Source: an uncultured Acidimicrobiaceae bacterium (GTDB lineage: Bacteria > Actinomycetota > Acidimicrobiia > Spongiisociales > UBA5794). Taken from it: a stretch of DNA of 64,000 nt. The position numbers were made by a program, and so were the translations under genes. The stretch covers positions 38,701 to 102,700 of the forward strand of contig CAYQEC010000002.1 of the NCBI GenBank assembly GCA_964416425.1, read 5' to 3'. The notes below the pieces were generated by a model. The model was not told the origin of the DNA, did not search any database, and saw nothing but the letters and a program-made list of their open reading frames with translations. This document shows positions 46,232 through 57,439 of the stretch, one piece after another (positions within the stretch are counted from its first letter, which is position 1; every line of letters starts with the position of its first letter).

Positions 46232-48922
46232 TCAGATGGCCCAGGGGTCGGTGGCGTCGGCGTTGATCTCGTAGCGCTTGATGGCATCGAGGACCACGGC
46301 CGGCTCCACCGCGCCGTCGGCGGCGAGGGCCGCCAGGGTGGCGGCCACCACGTGCCCGGTGTCGATCTCGAAGAACCGGCGGAGGGCTTCCCGGGTGTCG
46401 GAGCGGCCGAAGCCGTCGGTGCCGAGCGGCAGGAAGTGGCCCGGGATCCACCGCCCGACCTGGTCGGCCACCGCCCGCATGTAGTCGCTCACCGCCACTA
46501 CCGGTCCTCCGACGCCGGAGAGCGCTTCGGTGACGTACGGCACCCGCGGCTCCTCGTCGGGATGGAGGCGGTTCCAGCGCTCGGCCGACATGGCGTCTTC
46601 CCGCAGCAGCTTGTACGACGTGGCGCTCCACAGCTCTGCCGCCACTCCGTAGTGCTCGGCGAGATCCGACTGGGCGTCGCGTGCCGCCCGGTGGGCGGTT
46701 CCCGAGAACAGGATGGCCGCCCGGGGGATTCCGGAGCCGGGTGCCTCGGCCCAACGGTAGAGGCCGCGGATGATGCCCTCCTCGGCGCCGTCGGGCTTGG
46801 GCGGCTGCCGGTAGTTCTCGTTGTAGAGCGTCAGGTAGTAGAAGGCGTCCTCTCCGTCGACGTACATGCGGTGCAGGCCGTCACGGATGATGGTGCTCAT
46901 CTCGTACGCGAAGGCAGGGTCGTAGGCCCGGCAGGGTGGCACCGTGGACGCCAGCAGCAGGCTGTGCCCGTCCTGGTGCTGGAGGCCCTCGCCGAGCAGC
47001 GTGGTGCGGCCTGCCGTGCCACCGAGCAGGAACCCGCGGGCCCGGGCGTCGGCTGCAGCCCAGATGAGATCACCCACCCGCTGGAACCCGAACATCGAGT
47101 AGAACGTGAAGAACGGGACCATCGGCACCCCGCGGGAGGCGTAGGAGGTCGCCGCCGCCACCCAGCTCGCCATCGAGCCCGCCTCGGTGATGCCCTCCTC
47201 GAGGATCTGGCCGTCGCGGGCCTCCACGTACGAGAGCAGCAGGTCGTGGTCGACCGGCTCGTAGAGCTGGCCCTCGGAGGCGTAGATCTTCAGCTCCTTG
47301 AAGAGGGCGTCCATCCCGAAGGTGCGTCCTTCGTCGGGGATGATCGGCACCACCCGGTTCCCCATCTTCTCGTCACGGGCGAGGCTGCGCAGCAGCCGGG
47401 TGAACGCCCCGGTGGTGGAGAACTCCGCCTTGCCGGAGCCGGCGTCGAACTCGGAGAACACCGCGTCGTCGGGCATCTGCAAGGGGCGGCGGATCTCGAT
47501 CCGCCGCTTCGGAATCCGCCCGCCCAGCGCTTTGCGCCGCTGCGTCAGGTACTGGCACTCAGGGGCGCCGATCGGGGGGCGAAAGTAGGGGGGCTCGGCG
47601 TCGCCGGCGAGCGCCTCCGCGGGGATCTCGTCCTCTAGGTGGAGCCGCGCCCGCAACGTCAGAAGCTGCTGGTTCGTCAGCTTCTTGATCTGGTGGGTGG
47701 CGTTACGCCCTTCGACGTCGGGGCCGAGGGTCCATCCCTTGATCGTCTTGGCGAGGATGACAGTGGGGGCGCCCTTGCGCTCGGTGGCGGCCTTGTAGGC
47801 GGCGTACACCTTCTTGTAGTCGAGGCCGCCGCGCCGCAGCTGCCAGATCTCCTCGTCGCTCATGTCCTCGACCATCTTACGGAGCCGCGGATCGGGACCG
47901 AAGAAGTGCTCGCGCACGTAGGCGCCGTCCTCGGCCTTGTAGCGCTGGTACTCCCCGTCGACGGTGGAGTTCATCTTGTTGACGAGTACCCCGTCCACGT
48001 CGGCGGCCAGCAACGGATCCCAGTTGGAGCCCCAGATGACCTTGATCACGTTCCATCCGGCGCCGCGGAAGATGGCCTCCAGCTCCTGAATGATCTTCCC
48101 GTTGCCCCGCACCGGGCCGTCGAGGCGTTGCAGGTTGCAGTTGACGACCCAGGTGAGGTTGTCGAGCTTCTCCCGGCCCGCCAGCGAGATCGAGCCGAGG
48201 GTCTCGGGCTCGTCGGTCTCGCCGTCGCCGAGGAAGCACCACACCCGCGACTCCGACGTCTCGTCGATGCGACGGTTGTGGAGGTACTTGTTGAAGCGGG
48301 CCTGGTAGATCGAGTTGATCGGGCCGAGACCCATCGAGACGGTCGGATACTCCCAGAAGTCGGGCATGAGCCGGGGATGGGGGTAGGAGGAGAGGCCGCC
48401 GCCGATCTCCCGCCGGAACCGGTCGAGGTCTTCCTCGTCGAAGCGGTGCTCCAGGTAGGCCCGGGCGTAGATGCCGGGGGCGGCGTGGCCCTGGAAGTAG
48501 ACGTGGTCGGCGGCCGAGCCGTCCCCCTTGCCCCGGAAGAAGTGGTTGAAACCGACCTCGTACAGGATCGCCGAGGACGCGAACGTCGAGAGGTGGCCGC
48601 CGATCCCGTCGGCCTCGTGGTTGGCCTTGATCACCATCACGGCGGCGTTCCAGCGCACGAAGCGACGGATCCGCCGCTCCAGGTACTCGTCGCCGGGGAA
48701 CCAGGCCTGCTGCTCGGCCGGGATCGTGTTGATGTAGGGGGTGCTCACGGAGGCGGGCACCCCGACGTTCTGGGCGCCGGCCCGCTCGATGAGCTTCGCC
48801 ATCAGGAACCGGGCCCGCCCCGGGCCCTCGGCGTTGATGACGGTGTCCAGGGAGTCGAGCCACTCTTGAGTCTCGGATGGGTCGGTGTCCGGGAGCTGGT
48901 GGGTGAATCCGTCGATGATCAT
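46232..48922 (-). CDS. aceE: pyruvate dehydrogenase E1 component (homodimeric type)
   Basis: 896 aa; ThDP-binding GDGETDEPE motif and length typical of AceE. Confidence 0.9.
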   Translation of the reverse strand: MIIDGFTHQLPDTDPSETQEWLDSLDTVINAEGPGRARFLMAKLIERAGAQNVGVPASVSTPYINTIPAEQQAWFPGDEYLERRIRRFVRWNAAVMVIKANHEADGIGGHLSTFASSAILYEVGFNHFFRGKGDGSAADHVYFQGHAAPGIYARAYLEHRFDEEDLDRFRREIGGGLSSYPHPRLMPDFWEYPTVSMGLGPINSIYQARFNKYLHNRRIDETSESRVWCFLGDGETDEPETLGSISLAGREKLDNLTWVVNCNLQRLDGPVRGNGKIIQELEAIFRGAGWNVIKVIWGSNWDPLLAADVDGVLVNKMNSTVDGEYQRYKAEDGAYVREHFFGPDPRLRKMVEDMSDEEIWQLRRGGLDYKKVYAAYKAATERKGAPTVILAKTIKGWTLGPDVEGRNATHQIKKLTNQQLLTLRARLHLEDEIPAEALAGDAEPPYFRPPIGAPECQYLTQRRKALGGRIPKRRIEIRRPLQMPDDAVFSEFDAGSGKAEFSTTGAFTRLLRSLARDEKMGNRVVPIIPDEGRTFGMDALFKELKIYASEGQLYEPVDHDLLLSYVEARDGQILEEGITEAGSMASWVAAATSYASRGVPMVPFFTFYSMFGFQRVGDLIWAAADARARGFLLGGTAGRTTLLGEGLQHQDGHSLLLASTVPPCRAYDPAFAYEMSTIIRDGLHRMYVDGEDAFYYLTLYNENYRQPPKPDGAEEGIIRGLYRWAEAPGSGIPRAAILFSGTAHRAARDAQSDLAEHYGVAAELWSATSYKLLREDAMSAERWNRLHPDEEPRVPYVTEALSGVGGPVVAVSDYMRAVADQVGRWIPGHFLPLGTDGFGRSDTREALRRFFEIDTGHVVAATLAALAADGAVEPAVVLDAIKRYEINADATDPWAI

Positions 48923-49032
48923 GTGGTGTGTTCTCCGGTGCAGTCGATACCCGCGAGCCTACCGACAGGAGCAGGCCTGGGCGACGCCGAGATGTCGGCG
49001 AAGGCCCGCCCGAGCGGTAGATTGGGTGGGCT

Positions 49033-49467
49033 ATGCGGCTTGAACTCACCAAAAAGACCGATCTGGCGCTTCGAGCGTTGGGTCATCTCGCCGAGGATGG
49101 GGCGCGGCGTTCGGGAGCGGCGCTCGCCGAGGAGATCGGCGCCACCCGCCAGTTCCTGCCTCAGGTCATGGCACCGCTGGTGCAGGCAGGCTGGGTCGAT
49201 TCGATTCCGGGACCCGGTGGCGGTTACCACCTGATGCAGTCCCTGGAGGAGATGTCGGTGCTCGACATCATCGAGGCGATCGAGGGCGAGACCGACCACG
49301 GCCGGTGCGTGCTGACCGGGGTCAAGTGCCCTCCGGAGCACGTCTGCGTGCTCCACTCCGCCTGGAAACGGGCCCGCGCCGCGCTACTCGACGAGTTGGC
49401 GGCGACGTCGGTTGCCGCCGCCCTGGAGGAAGCCGACGAGGTGTCTCGCCTCATCGCCGAGCACTGA
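49033..49467 (+). CDS. Rrf2 family transcriptional regulator
   Basis: N-terminal wHTH MRLELTKKTDLALRALGHLA; Cys residues C...C....C in the C-terminal half. Confidence 0.85.
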   Translation: MRLELTKKTDLALRALGHLAEDGARRSGAALAEEIGATRQFLPQVMAPLVQAGWVDSIPGPGGGYHLMQSLEEMSVLDIIEAIEGETDHGRCVLTGVKCPPEHVCVLHSAWKRARAALLDELAATSVAAALEEADEVSRLIAEH

Positions 49468-49510
49468 GCCGGCCCGCTACGCGGGACCCGGGGAATGCGA
49501 ACGCCCGCCC

Positions 49511-50299
49511 GTGCGCTGTGAGGGGGGTGCAGGTGCGCCGCGACCGGGTGGCGCCCGGCGCCGGGAGCGCCACCGGGCCCCCCGACCCCAGCGAGAAGGG
49601 TGGGAACGCACGAAGCGGATCATCACGGTCGCGGCCGCCGCCCTCGTCCTGGTGGCGGCGGGGGTCTGGTTCTTCGTCCTCCGCTCCGACGCCCCGCCCC
49701 CGGTGTCGCTGGAGGGCGCGGTGGGGACGACCCAGGCCGGCACCGCCGCGGCGGCCGGATCCGGCGGTGTCGACGGCACTTGGACGATCGATCCCGGGTC
49801 TAATTCGTTCGTCGGCTACCGCATCGGGGAACGCCTCGCCAGCATCGGCGTCCAGGATGCGGTGGGACGCACCTCGCACGTCACCGGGTCGCTCCAGATC
49901 GACGGGACGAGCGTCACCACAGTGTCGATGGAGGCCGATCTCTCGACCCTCGAGAGCGACAACACGCAGCGGGACGGGCGCCTCCGCAGCGTCGGCCTCG
50001 AGACGGACACCTTCCCGACCGCGCGGTTCGAGCTGACGTCTCCCATCGAGTTGGGACAGGTGCCCGAGGCGGACAATCCGCTGTCGGTCACGGCAACCGG
50101 GGACTTCACGCTCCACGGCGTGACCCGCGCCGTCGAGATCCCGGTGGAGGCACAGCTCAGTGGCGATGCGATCGTGGTGGTGGGGTCGCTGGCGGTGACC
50201 TTGACCGGCTACGACATCGTCGCTCCCACCAGTTTCTCGGTGCTCTCGATCGACGACGCCGGCACTATGGAGTTCCAGCTCTTCTTCACCCGCGCGTGA
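49511..50299 (+). CDS. YceI family protein (membrane-anchored); start uncertain
   Basis: TM anchor IITVAAAALVLVAAGVWFFVL, YceI-like beta-barrel segments (GTWTIDPGSNSFVGYRI, TGDFTLHGVTRAV). Confidence 0.7.
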   Translation: MRCEGGAGAPRPGGARRRERHRAPRPQREGWERTKRIITVAAAALVLVAAGVWFFVLRSDAPPPVSLEGAVGTTQAGTAAAAGSGGVDGTWTIDPGSNSFVGYRIGERLASIGVQDAVGRTSHVTGSLQIDGTSVTTVSMEADLSTLESDNTQRDGRLRSVGLETDTFPTARFELTSPIELGQVPEADNPLSVTATGDFTLHGVTRAVEIPVEAQLSGDAIVVVGSLAVTLTGYDIVAPTSFSVLSIDDAGTMEFQLFFTRA

Positions 50300-50883
50300 C
50301 GACGCCGGGCCCGGGGAAACAGACGGTAGGCCCGGTGGGATCCGTCCGGTATCGTGCGGCCACCGTGTGGACGCCGTGGCACCGTTCCCATCTCATCGAG
50401 GCCGCCAGCCTGGCCGGGGTGCTGGCCGACCTGGCACAACGACCCGAGGTGCGCCATGTCGTGCTCGACATCGACAATACGGTGGTGCCCTACGGCTCGT
50501 CGGACGAGCAGGAGCGGCAGCTGATCGACGACGCGGTGCGGCGCATCGCGACACTCGATCACGTGGAGACGATCTCGATCGTGTCGAACGCCGGTTCCGG
50601 CCGCACCGGTCCCAGCCTGCCGCTTCCGTCCCATGCCACGGTGGTGTGGAGTGCCGACAAGCCGCTCACTCCGCGATCGAGACTCGCCGCCGGGACCGGG
50701 TCGGCCGCCACCGTGGTCGTCGGCGACCTGGTCATGACGGACGGCCTGCTGGCGTGGCGGCTCAACGCCGACTACTACCACTGCCCGATCGCGGCCCGGG
50801 ACCCCCATGCCGCCCACCGGCTCCTGGGGTGGGTGGGCCGCATCGCCCGACCGATCCTCTTCGCGACCGACCGGCCCCGGTGA
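50296..50883 (+). CDS. HAD-superfamily phosphatase (YqeG/HAD-IIIA-like)
   Basis: Motif I VVLDIDNTVVPYG, VSNAGSG, GDLVMTDG; start overlaps the YceI stop. Confidence 0.6.
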   Translation: MTTPGPGKQTVGPVGSVRYRAATVWTPWHRSHLIEAASLAGVLADLAQRPEVRHVVLDIDNTVVPYGSSDEQERQLIDDAVRRIATLDHVETISIVSNAGSGRTGPSLPLPSHATVVWSADKPLTPRSRLAAGTGSAATVVVGDLVMTDGLLAWRLNADYYHCPIAARDPHAAHRLLGWVGRIARPILFATDRPR

Positions 50884-51016
50884 CCCCGTGACGCTCGCGC
50901 ACTCCTGAAGTACGACGCCTGTCTGCCGCCGGAGCCGGCGGCGAGTTGGCTGCGAGACAACGTGGTCGGTGGGGACGCCTGCTGCAGCCGGGTGACGTCC
51001 GGTCGTCGCCGGTTTC

Positions 51017-51311
51017 CTAGATGGCGACGCGGTCCTTGAGGCCCTTGGCGGGCTTGAAGGCGGCCACGGTCGTCGCCGCGATCTGGATCGAGGCCCCGGT
51101 CGCCGGGTTGCGGCCGGTACGGGCGCGGCGGCGGCGGGTCTCGAACTTGCCGAAACCGGCGATCGACACGTCGCGGCCGGCGTCGAGCTCGACGGCGATG
51201 ATGCCATTGCCGGGCTCGGTGCTGAAGATGGTATCGAGGACCTCGGAGGCCTTCGCCTGGCTGAGTCCGGTCTTCTTGGCGAGCTTCTTCGCCATCTCGG
51301 TCTTGTTCACA
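51017..51311 (-). CDS. hup: HU family DNA-binding protein
   Basis: GTG 51311 with SD AAGGAG 6 nt upstream; MNKTEMAKKLAKKTGLSQAKASEVLDTIF...GFGKFETRRRRARTGRNPATG. Confidence 0.85.
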
Positions 51312-51504
51312 TCCAGCTCCTTCGATGTGGGGCGGGGTTCCAGCAACGCCCAGGTAGGGTCGAACGATATCGGAAAGTGCCCAACAAACCAGGGATTTCT
51401 CGCCGCGCGGGGCAGAGCGGGAAGAATCGTCCCGGCTCTCCAGCCCGGTTTCCCGGGCCCGTGTCGCGGGGGTTCGGAGGCTCCGGGCGGGGCGCCGCGC
51501 CTCC

Positions 51505-52575
51505 CTAGCGCAACACGATGACGGTAGTGCCGATCGGGGCCCAGGCGTAGAGGGCCTTGGCCTTCTCGTCGGCCTGACGCACGCAGCCGCCGCTGCGGTA
51601 CTCGCCGAGTTCGGCCTCGGTCTGCATCGGGGTGCCGTTGCCGTAGCGGGGGATCGAATGGAACCCGTAGGCCAGGCGGGGACCGCGGGTAAACCGTGCC
51701 ATGTACTGCATCGTGATCCCGTCGTGTCCCGCCCATGCCTTGAGGGACTTGGAGTAGATGTGGTAGGTGCCCGGCCCCGGAACGCCCCGACGCCCCGACA
51801 CCAGGTAGGTGTCGACCAGCTCCTCGTGGTCGTCGACGAGCCACACTCGCTGTTCGGAGTTGGAGTAGATGATGCGCTTGCCGGCGCCGACGTCGGGGAA
51901 CGGCGGGGGCGGCCGTTCCGGCGGCACCATCGGGGTGAGGCCGAGGGCCCGGGCCAGGAACACGGCCATCTGGCTGCGGGGGAGCGGATCCCGCGGGCAG
52001 TAGGACGCCGTTCCGCATCCGGAGGTGACCCCGGCGGCGGCGAGTAGGTTGATGTCGTGCTCGAACACTGAGTCGTCGTCGTCCGCGAAACGGTCGGTCT
52101 CGCCGCCCGCGGCCAGGCCGAGGGCGCGCACCAGGAAGGCGGCGACCTGGCCCCGGTTGACCGGGTCCTCGGGACAGAACTCCGTGTTCGCCGGGGGATT
52201 GCATCCCCGGGTGATGCCGGCGGCGGCGAGGGCATTGATCGATCCCTGGTGCACGCTTTCACCGTCGTCGACGAAGAAGTCGTCGGTGACGGCGGGGAGG
52301 TCGAGTGCCCGAACCAGCATGGTGGCCATCTCGGCCCGGCTCAAGGTGCGGTCGGGGCAGAAGCGGTCGTTGGCGGGGGGATTGCAGCCGCGGGTGAGGT
52401 CGGCGGCCACCGCCGCTTCGATATAGCCTTCCTCGCCGAGCCCGTCGTCGTCGAGGAACGTCCCGCCGGGGGGGAGTTGCTGCCCGCCGTCGGCGGCGAA
52501 GGCCGCCGGGCCCGGGGCTGCCACGAGCAACGCGAGCAGGGCGATGAGGTGGATGGCCCTCTGGCCACGTCGCAT
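51505..52575 (-). CDS. secreted L,D-transpeptidase family protein with three N-terminal Cys-containing repeats
   Basis: Signal peptide; three repeats of (I/V)TRGCNPPAN..FCP...R(A/G)(E/Q)(M/V)A.(M/F)LVRAL; C-terminal YkuD domain with HSIPRYGNG...SGGCVRQ catalytic His/Cys. Confidence 0.8.
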   Translation of the reverse strand: MRRGQRAIHLIALLALLVAAPGPAAFAADGGQQLPPGGTFLDDDGLGEEGYIEAAVAADLTRGCNPPANDRFCPDRTLSRAEMATMLVRALDLPAVTDDFFVDDGESVHQGSINALAAAGITRGCNPPANTEFCPEDPVNRGQVAAFLVRALGLAAGGETDRFADDDDSVFEHDINLLAAAGVTSGCGTASYCPRDPLPRSQMAVFLARALGLTPMVPPERPPPPFPDVGAGKRIIYSNSEQRVWLVDDHEELVDTYLVSGRRGVPGPGTYHIYSKSLKAWAGHDGITMQYMARFTRGPRLAYGFHSIPRYGNGTPMQTEAELGEYRSGGCVRQADEKAKALYAWAPIGTTVIVLR

Positions 52576-52909
52576 CGTGTCCTCCCTCGCTTCCTGATCG
52601 CCGGCGAGCTTTCCCGGGGACCCCTAACCGCCCACGATCATGTCGGAAGGCGGCGTTCGGGCTCGCGCTCGCATTCCATCGGCACGGAGCCGGAATGCCT
52701 GGAGGGCGTCCCGGCGGGTCCGGCGCCATGAACGTTCTCCACCGGCGGAGGTCGCTGCTCCTCCCTGCCGCAGGCGACTCCGAAACCCGCCGAAAACCGG
52801 CGGTGGGAGTGGCCTTGTGACGCCTTCAGTTTCTTCGTGAACCTGTCGACACTGACTTGATGGTTTTCGTAGGTGTGCTGCAAAGGAACTGCATGTCGGT
52901 GCTTGCGGA

Positions 52910-55348
52910 TTGGTGTCGTTCAACTTCCCGGAGGGTGTGATGGTGACCGCCTTCCCGGGATTCCCGAGATTGGAGGACAGGCACGAAGGCCCTGTCCGTG
53001 TGCTGCTGATCGACACCGATCGTGCCGTTTTCGACCTGATCGCCTCCACCCAACGGGATCCAGCCCACCCCTACCGCGAGGTCGAGTGGGTCACCTCCTT
53101 CAGCGAAGCGCTCGACGCCATCAAGCGCGACGAGCACGACATCATCATCGCCGCCTACCGCATCGGGGAGCAGACGGCTCTGGACGTGCTGCACGCCGTC
53201 GCCGAAACCGACTCGATGGTGCCGGTCGTGGTCGTTGCCGAGGAGGACGACGCCGCCGCCGACGACGCCCTGCTCGACGCGGGGGCGGCCGACTTCCTCA
53301 TCAGGGGCGAGTTCGGCGCCCGGAGGCTCGATCGGGTCACCCGCTACGCCCACAAGCGGCAGGCGACCCTGGGCGCCCTCGAGCTGGACCGTTACCTGCT
53401 CGAGGCCTTGATGGAGAACCTGCCCGCCGGCGTCTACTTCAAGGACACCGAGTCCCGCTTCATGCGGATCAACAAGGACCTCGCCCGCAGATTTGGGCTC
53501 GCCGACCCCAGCGAGGCCATCGGGAAGACCGACTTCGACTTCTTCGCCGAGGAGGCCGCCGTCCTGCAGCGGGCCAACGAGCTGATCCTGATCAACGAGG
53601 AGCAGCAGGTGGTGCTGAAGGAGGAGAAGGAGGTCTGGCCGGATGGCGTCGTCACCTGGGCCGGCAGCACGAAGCTCCCGCTCCGCTCCCGCAGAGGAGA
53701 GATCATCGGCACGTTCGGCGTCAGCCAGGACGTCACGACCCGCAAGCTCGCCGAGCAGGCGTTGCGCGACGCCCGAGAAGCTGCCGAGGCCGCCAACCGG
53801 GCGAAGAGCGAATTCGTCGCCAACATGAGTCACGAGATCCGGACCCCGATGAACGCCATCATCGGGATGACCGAGTTGGTGCTCGACACCGAGCTGAACG
53901 CCACCCAGCGCGAGTACCTGGCGATGGTCAGGGACTCGGCGGATTCACTGATGCGGGTCATCAACGACATCCTCGACTTCTCCAAGATCGAGGCTGGCAA
54001 GATGGAACTCAACGCCGAGCCGTTCGAATTGCGGGAGATGCTCAGCGAGACGCTCAAGGCGCTCGCCATCCGGGTGCCGCACAAGGACGTCGAACTGCTG
54101 TGCCACATCGAGCCCGCGGTGCCGCGCGGCGTGATCGGCGACGTGGTGCGGCTCCGCGAGATCATCGTCAACCTGGTCGGCAACTCGATCAAGTTCACCT
54201 CCGAGGGCGAGGTACTGCTGAAGGTCGGGCTGGTGTCGGAGACCGAACGGGACGTCGAGCTGCGCTTCTCGGTGATCGACACCGGGATCGGCATCCCCGA
54301 GGAGAAGCTGGCGTCGATCTTCGAGGCGTTCGAGCAGGCGGACAAGTCGACCACGCGCATGTATCGGGGCACCGGCCTCGGCCTCGCCATTTCGGGCCGT
54401 CTCGTGGACATGATGGGGGGCACGCTGCAGGTCGAGAGCTTCGAAGGCTCTGGCAGCACCTTCCGCTTCACCATCCGGATGGGCAAGGCACCCGATGGCA
54501 TGCTCGCCGAGACCCGCACGACGCCGGCCGCGATCGAGGGGGTCCGGGTCCTCGTCGTCGACGACAACGCCATGAATCGCCGCATCCTCGACGAGATCCT
54601 GTGCGGCCGCGGTATGATCCCGACCCTGGCACCCGGAGCGGCCGCCGCACTCGAGCTGCTGCAGGCCGCCGACCAGCGGGGAGAGCCGTTTGGTCTGGTG
54701 ATCACCGACTACCACATGCCCGAGATGGACGGGATCTCGTTCGTGGAGGAGATGCGCGCCGATCCCCGTTTCGCCGGCCTGGCGGTCGTGATGCTGAGCT
54801 CGGGTGGGTACCTGGGTGACAGCGGGCGAGCCGTCGCCGCCGGTGTCACGGCCCGGCTTCTCAAGCCGGTCGCCTCGGCGGAGCTGATGCGCAGCATCAC
54901 CGGGGTGCTCGGCACCACGGTGGCCGAGGAACGAACCGATACCAACGGCGAAGTCGGGTTCAACCGGGGCCTGAGGATCCTGCTGGTCGAAGACAGCCGG
55001 GTCAACCAGAAGGTCGCGCTCGGCATGCTGGGCAAGCGCGACCACGCGGTGACGGTGGCCGACAACGGGAAGGAGGCCGTCGATGTCATCTTTGCCGAGC
55101 AGTATGACCTCGTGTTGATGGACGTCCAGATGCCGATCATGGACGGCTACGAGGCCACCAGGACCATCCGCCGCCGCGAAGCAGGCACCGGCCAGCACAT
55201 CCCGATCGTGGCGATGACCGCCCATGCCATGAAGGGCGACCGGGAGCTGTGCCTCCAGGCGGGCATGGACGAGTACGTGTCGAAGCCGATCCGCTCCAAC
55301 GAGCTCTTCGAGGTCATCGAAAAGGTGATGGCGACGGTTCCTCAGTAG
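52910..55348 (+). CDS. hybrid sensor histidine kinase/response regulator (REC-PAS-HisKA-HATPase-REC-REC)
   Basis: H-box [13 protein letters not shown]-box GTGLGLAI, two C-terminal receiver domains ([24 protein letters not shown]) plus N-terminal REC-like [12 protein letters not shown]. Confidence 0.85.
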   Translation: MVSFNFPEGVMVTAFPGFPRLEDRHEGPVRVLLIDTDRAVFDLIASTQRDPAHPYREVEWVTSFSEALDAIKRDEHDIIIAAYRIGEQTALDVLHAVAETDSMVPVVVVAEEDDAAADDALLDAGAADFLIRGEFGARRLDRVTRYAHKRQATLGALELDRYLLEALMENLPAGVYFKDTESRFMRINKDLARRFGLADPSEAIGKTDFDFFAEEAAVLQRANELILINEEQQVVLKEEKEVWPDGVVTWAGSTKLPLRSRRGEIIGTFGVSQDVTTRKLAEQALRDAREAAEAANRAKSEFVANMSHEIRTPMNAIIGMTELVLDTELNATQREYLAMVRDSADSLMRVINDILDFSKIEAGKMELNAEPFELREMLSETLKALAIRVPHKDVELLCHIEPAVPRGVIGDVVRLREIIVNLVGNSIKFTSEGEVLLKVGLVSETERDVELRFSVIDTGIGIPEEKLASIFEAFEQADKSTTRMYRGTGLGLAISGRLVDMMGGTLQVESFEGSGSTFRFTIRMGKAPDGMLAETRTTPAAIEGVRVLVVDDNAMNRRILDEILCGRGMIPTLAPGAAAALELLQAADQRGEPFGLVITDYHMPEMDGISFVEEMRADPRFAGLAVVMLSSGGYLGDSGRAVAAGVTARLLKPVASAELMRSITGVLGTTVAEERTDTNGEVGFNRGLRILLVEDSRVNQKVALGMLGKRDHAVTVADNGKEAVDVIFAEQYDLVLMDVQMPIMDGYEATRTIRRREAGTGQHIPIVAMTAHAMKGDRELCLQAGMDEYVSKPIRSNELFEVIEKVMATVPQ

Positions 55349-55365
55349 GCCGCGCCGCCCGATCC

Positions 55366-55507
55366 GGCCCCCGTAATCGGGGCCCCGTTGACGGGGCCCC
55401 CCGTCATCGCTCCCGCCCGCCACATCCCTGCGCCTTCCGGCGCGGCGCCCATTCGACAATCCGCCTGCCGCCGCAGACGCGGATTGGGGGCCTCCGAGGA
55501 GGCCCCC
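55366..55507. terminator. cluster of GC-rich hairpins in a convergent intergenic region (likely bidirectional termination)
   Basis: GGCCCCCG-taat-CGGGGCC near 55366-55384; GACGGGG...CCCCGTC; AATCCGC..13..GCGGATT; perfect GGGGGCCTC-cgag-GAGGCCCCC 55486-55507. Confidence 0.45.
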
Positions 55508-55530
55508 ACGATGTCAGATTGCGGCCGGCG

Positions 55531-56481
55531 TCAGCCTTGCTGCAGGAAGCAGGCCACCAGGTGATCCGGCTCGACCTCGATCAGCTGCGGGTTCTCGGTG
55601 GGGCAGCCGAGGGCGGTCTCCGCCACCGGGCACCTCCCGTAGTAGGGGCATCCCTTGCCGACTTCCTGGATCTCCTCGGGCTCGATGGGGAGTCCGGTGT
55701 CCTGCCACTTCTCGTGGAGGTGCGGGACCGCCACCATCAGCATCTGGGTGTAGGGGTGCAGCGGATTGTTGAAGACCTTCTCCGTCGATCCCATCTCCAC
55801 GATCTTGCCCCGGTAGAGGATTACCGACCGATCGCTGATGTAGTAGCCGAGCGACAGGTCGTGGGTGATGAAGAGGATCGAAAGCCCTCGCGACTTGAGA
55901 TCCGCCAGCAGGTTGAGCACATCGATGCGGGTCGAGGCGTCGAGCATGCTGATGATCTCGTCCGCCACCAGGAAGTCGATGTCGAGCAACAGGGCCCGTC
56001 CGATGAGGAGGCGCTGCAGCTGGCCACCGCTGAGCTGGTGCGGGTACTTGTCGAGGACGTCGCCCGGGTTGAGGCCGACCGATTCGAGCGAGCTCTCCAC
56101 CTTCTCGGTCCATACATTGTTGGGTACGTGCGGGAAGTACTCGTCCTTGATCATCTTGAAGACCCGATCGGCCTTGAAGATAGGGTTGTACGAGCTGAAG
56201 GGGTCCTGGAAGACGCCCTGCACTGTGCGGTAGTACTCCCGTAGGTCGCCCCGGGTGTGACCCGAGATGTCGACCCCGCCGAAGCTGATCGAGCCTTTCG
56301 ACAGCGTCGTGAGGCGAAGGATCATCTTCCCGATGGTGCTCTTGCCGCTGCCGCTCTCGCCGATGAGCGAGACGACCTCGCCGGCCTTGACTTCGAAGCT
56401 CACCTCGTTGACGGCACGCAGCTCGTTCCGTCCGAAGGCTCCGACCCTGTACGTCTTCGAGACCTTGTCGAGCTTAAGCAT
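55531..56481 (-). CDS. ABC transporter ATP-binding protein (OppF/DppF-like)
   Basis: Walker A GESGSGKST, LSGGQLQR, C-terminal oligopeptide-type extension with CPYYGRCP; ATG 56481. Confidence 0.85.
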   Translation of the reverse strand: MLKLDKVSKTYRVGAFGRNELRAVNEVSFEVKAGEVVSLIGESGSGKSTIGKMILRLTTLSKGSISFGGVDISGHTRGDLREYYRTVQGVFQDPFSSYNPIFKADRVFKMIKDEYFPHVPNNVWTEKVESSLESVGLNPGDVLDKYPHQLSGGQLQRLLIGRALLLDIDFLVADEIISMLDASTRIDVLNLLADLKSRGLSILFITHDLSLGYYISDRSVILYRGKIVEMGSTEKVFNNPLHPYTQMLMVAVPHLHEKWQDTGLPIEPEEIQEVGKGCPYYGRCPVAETALGCPTENPQLIEVEPDHLVACFLQQG

Positions 56482-57436
56482 AATCTTCAAAAGCCTTCCA
56501 GCATGCGACGAAGTGGTTGTCGTCGACCTCCGCGAAGGGAGGATCCACCACACACTTCTCGAAAGCGTAGGGGCACCGATCCCGGAACCGGCATCCCTCT
56601 GGCGCGTTGAGCAGCAGTGGAGGCTTCCCGGGGATCCCCTCCAGCCGCCGCTCCGAGTACTTGACCCCGATCTCGGGCAGGGACGCCGTCAGCATCTCCG
56701 TGTAGGGATGGCGGGGGGCGTTGATGATTGTCTCGGTCGCGGCCTTCTCGGCGAGCTTCCCGGCGTACATCACCAGGATGCTGTCGGCGATCTGGTAGAG
56801 CACCGACACGTCGTGGGTGATGACGATGATGCTCTTGACGAACTCACGGTCGCGGAACTCGACGAGCATCTCGGCCACCGCCCGCTGGCTGGAGACGTCG
56901 AGCGCCGAGGTGATCTCGTCGGCGATGAGCAGCGACGGATTCAGGAGCGTGGAGAGCACCATGACCATGCGCTGCTTCATGCCTCCGGACAGCTCGATCG
57001 GGTACATGCTGAGCACGTCGTGGGTCAGCTTCACCAGATCGAGGCGCTTCTTGAGCTCCGGGAGGGAGGCGCGGTAGTTGATGCCGCGGGAGTGGAGCAG
57101 CTCCGACACCATGGTGCCGATCTTGCGGGTCGGGTTCATGGCGCTCATGGCGTACTGCGGGACGATCGAGATCTCTTCGAACCGGAAGGGGTCCATGGCG
57201 TGCTGATCCCAGATCGGCACCTCTTTGCCGTCGAGCAGGATCTCGCCTTCGACGTACTTCATGCGGGATTGGAGCCGGATCAGGCTGTTGCCCAGCGTCG
57301 TCTTGCCGCATCCCGATTCCCCGGCGAGGCCCATGATCTCCCCGTCGGCGATCGAGAAGGTGGCGCCGTCGAGAGCCTTCACGTCTCCCGCGAGGGTCTG
57401 GTAGTAAACCCGGAGATTGCTTACCTGGAGACTCAC
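56474..57436 (-). CDS. ABC transporter ATP-binding protein (OppD/DppD-like)
   Basis: Walker A GESGCGKTT, LSGGMKQR, C-terminal CRFRDRCPYAFEKC. Confidence 0.85.
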   Translation of the reverse strand: MSLQVSNLRVYYQTLAGDVKALDGATFSIADGEIMGLAGESGCGKTTLGNSLIRLQSRMKYVEGEILLDGKEVPIWDQHAMDPFRFEEISIVPQYAMSAMNPTRKIGTMVSELLHSRGINYRASLPELKKRLDLVKLTHDVLSMYPIELSGGMKQRMVMVLSTLLNPSLLIADEITSALDVSSQRAVAEMLVEFRDREFVKSIIVITHDVSVLYQIADSILVMYAGKLAEKAATETIINAPRHPYTEMLTASLPEIGVKYSERRLEGIPGKPPLLLNAPEGCRFRDRCPYAFEKCVVDPPFAEVDDNHFVACWKAFEDYA

Positions 57437-57439
57437 GCG

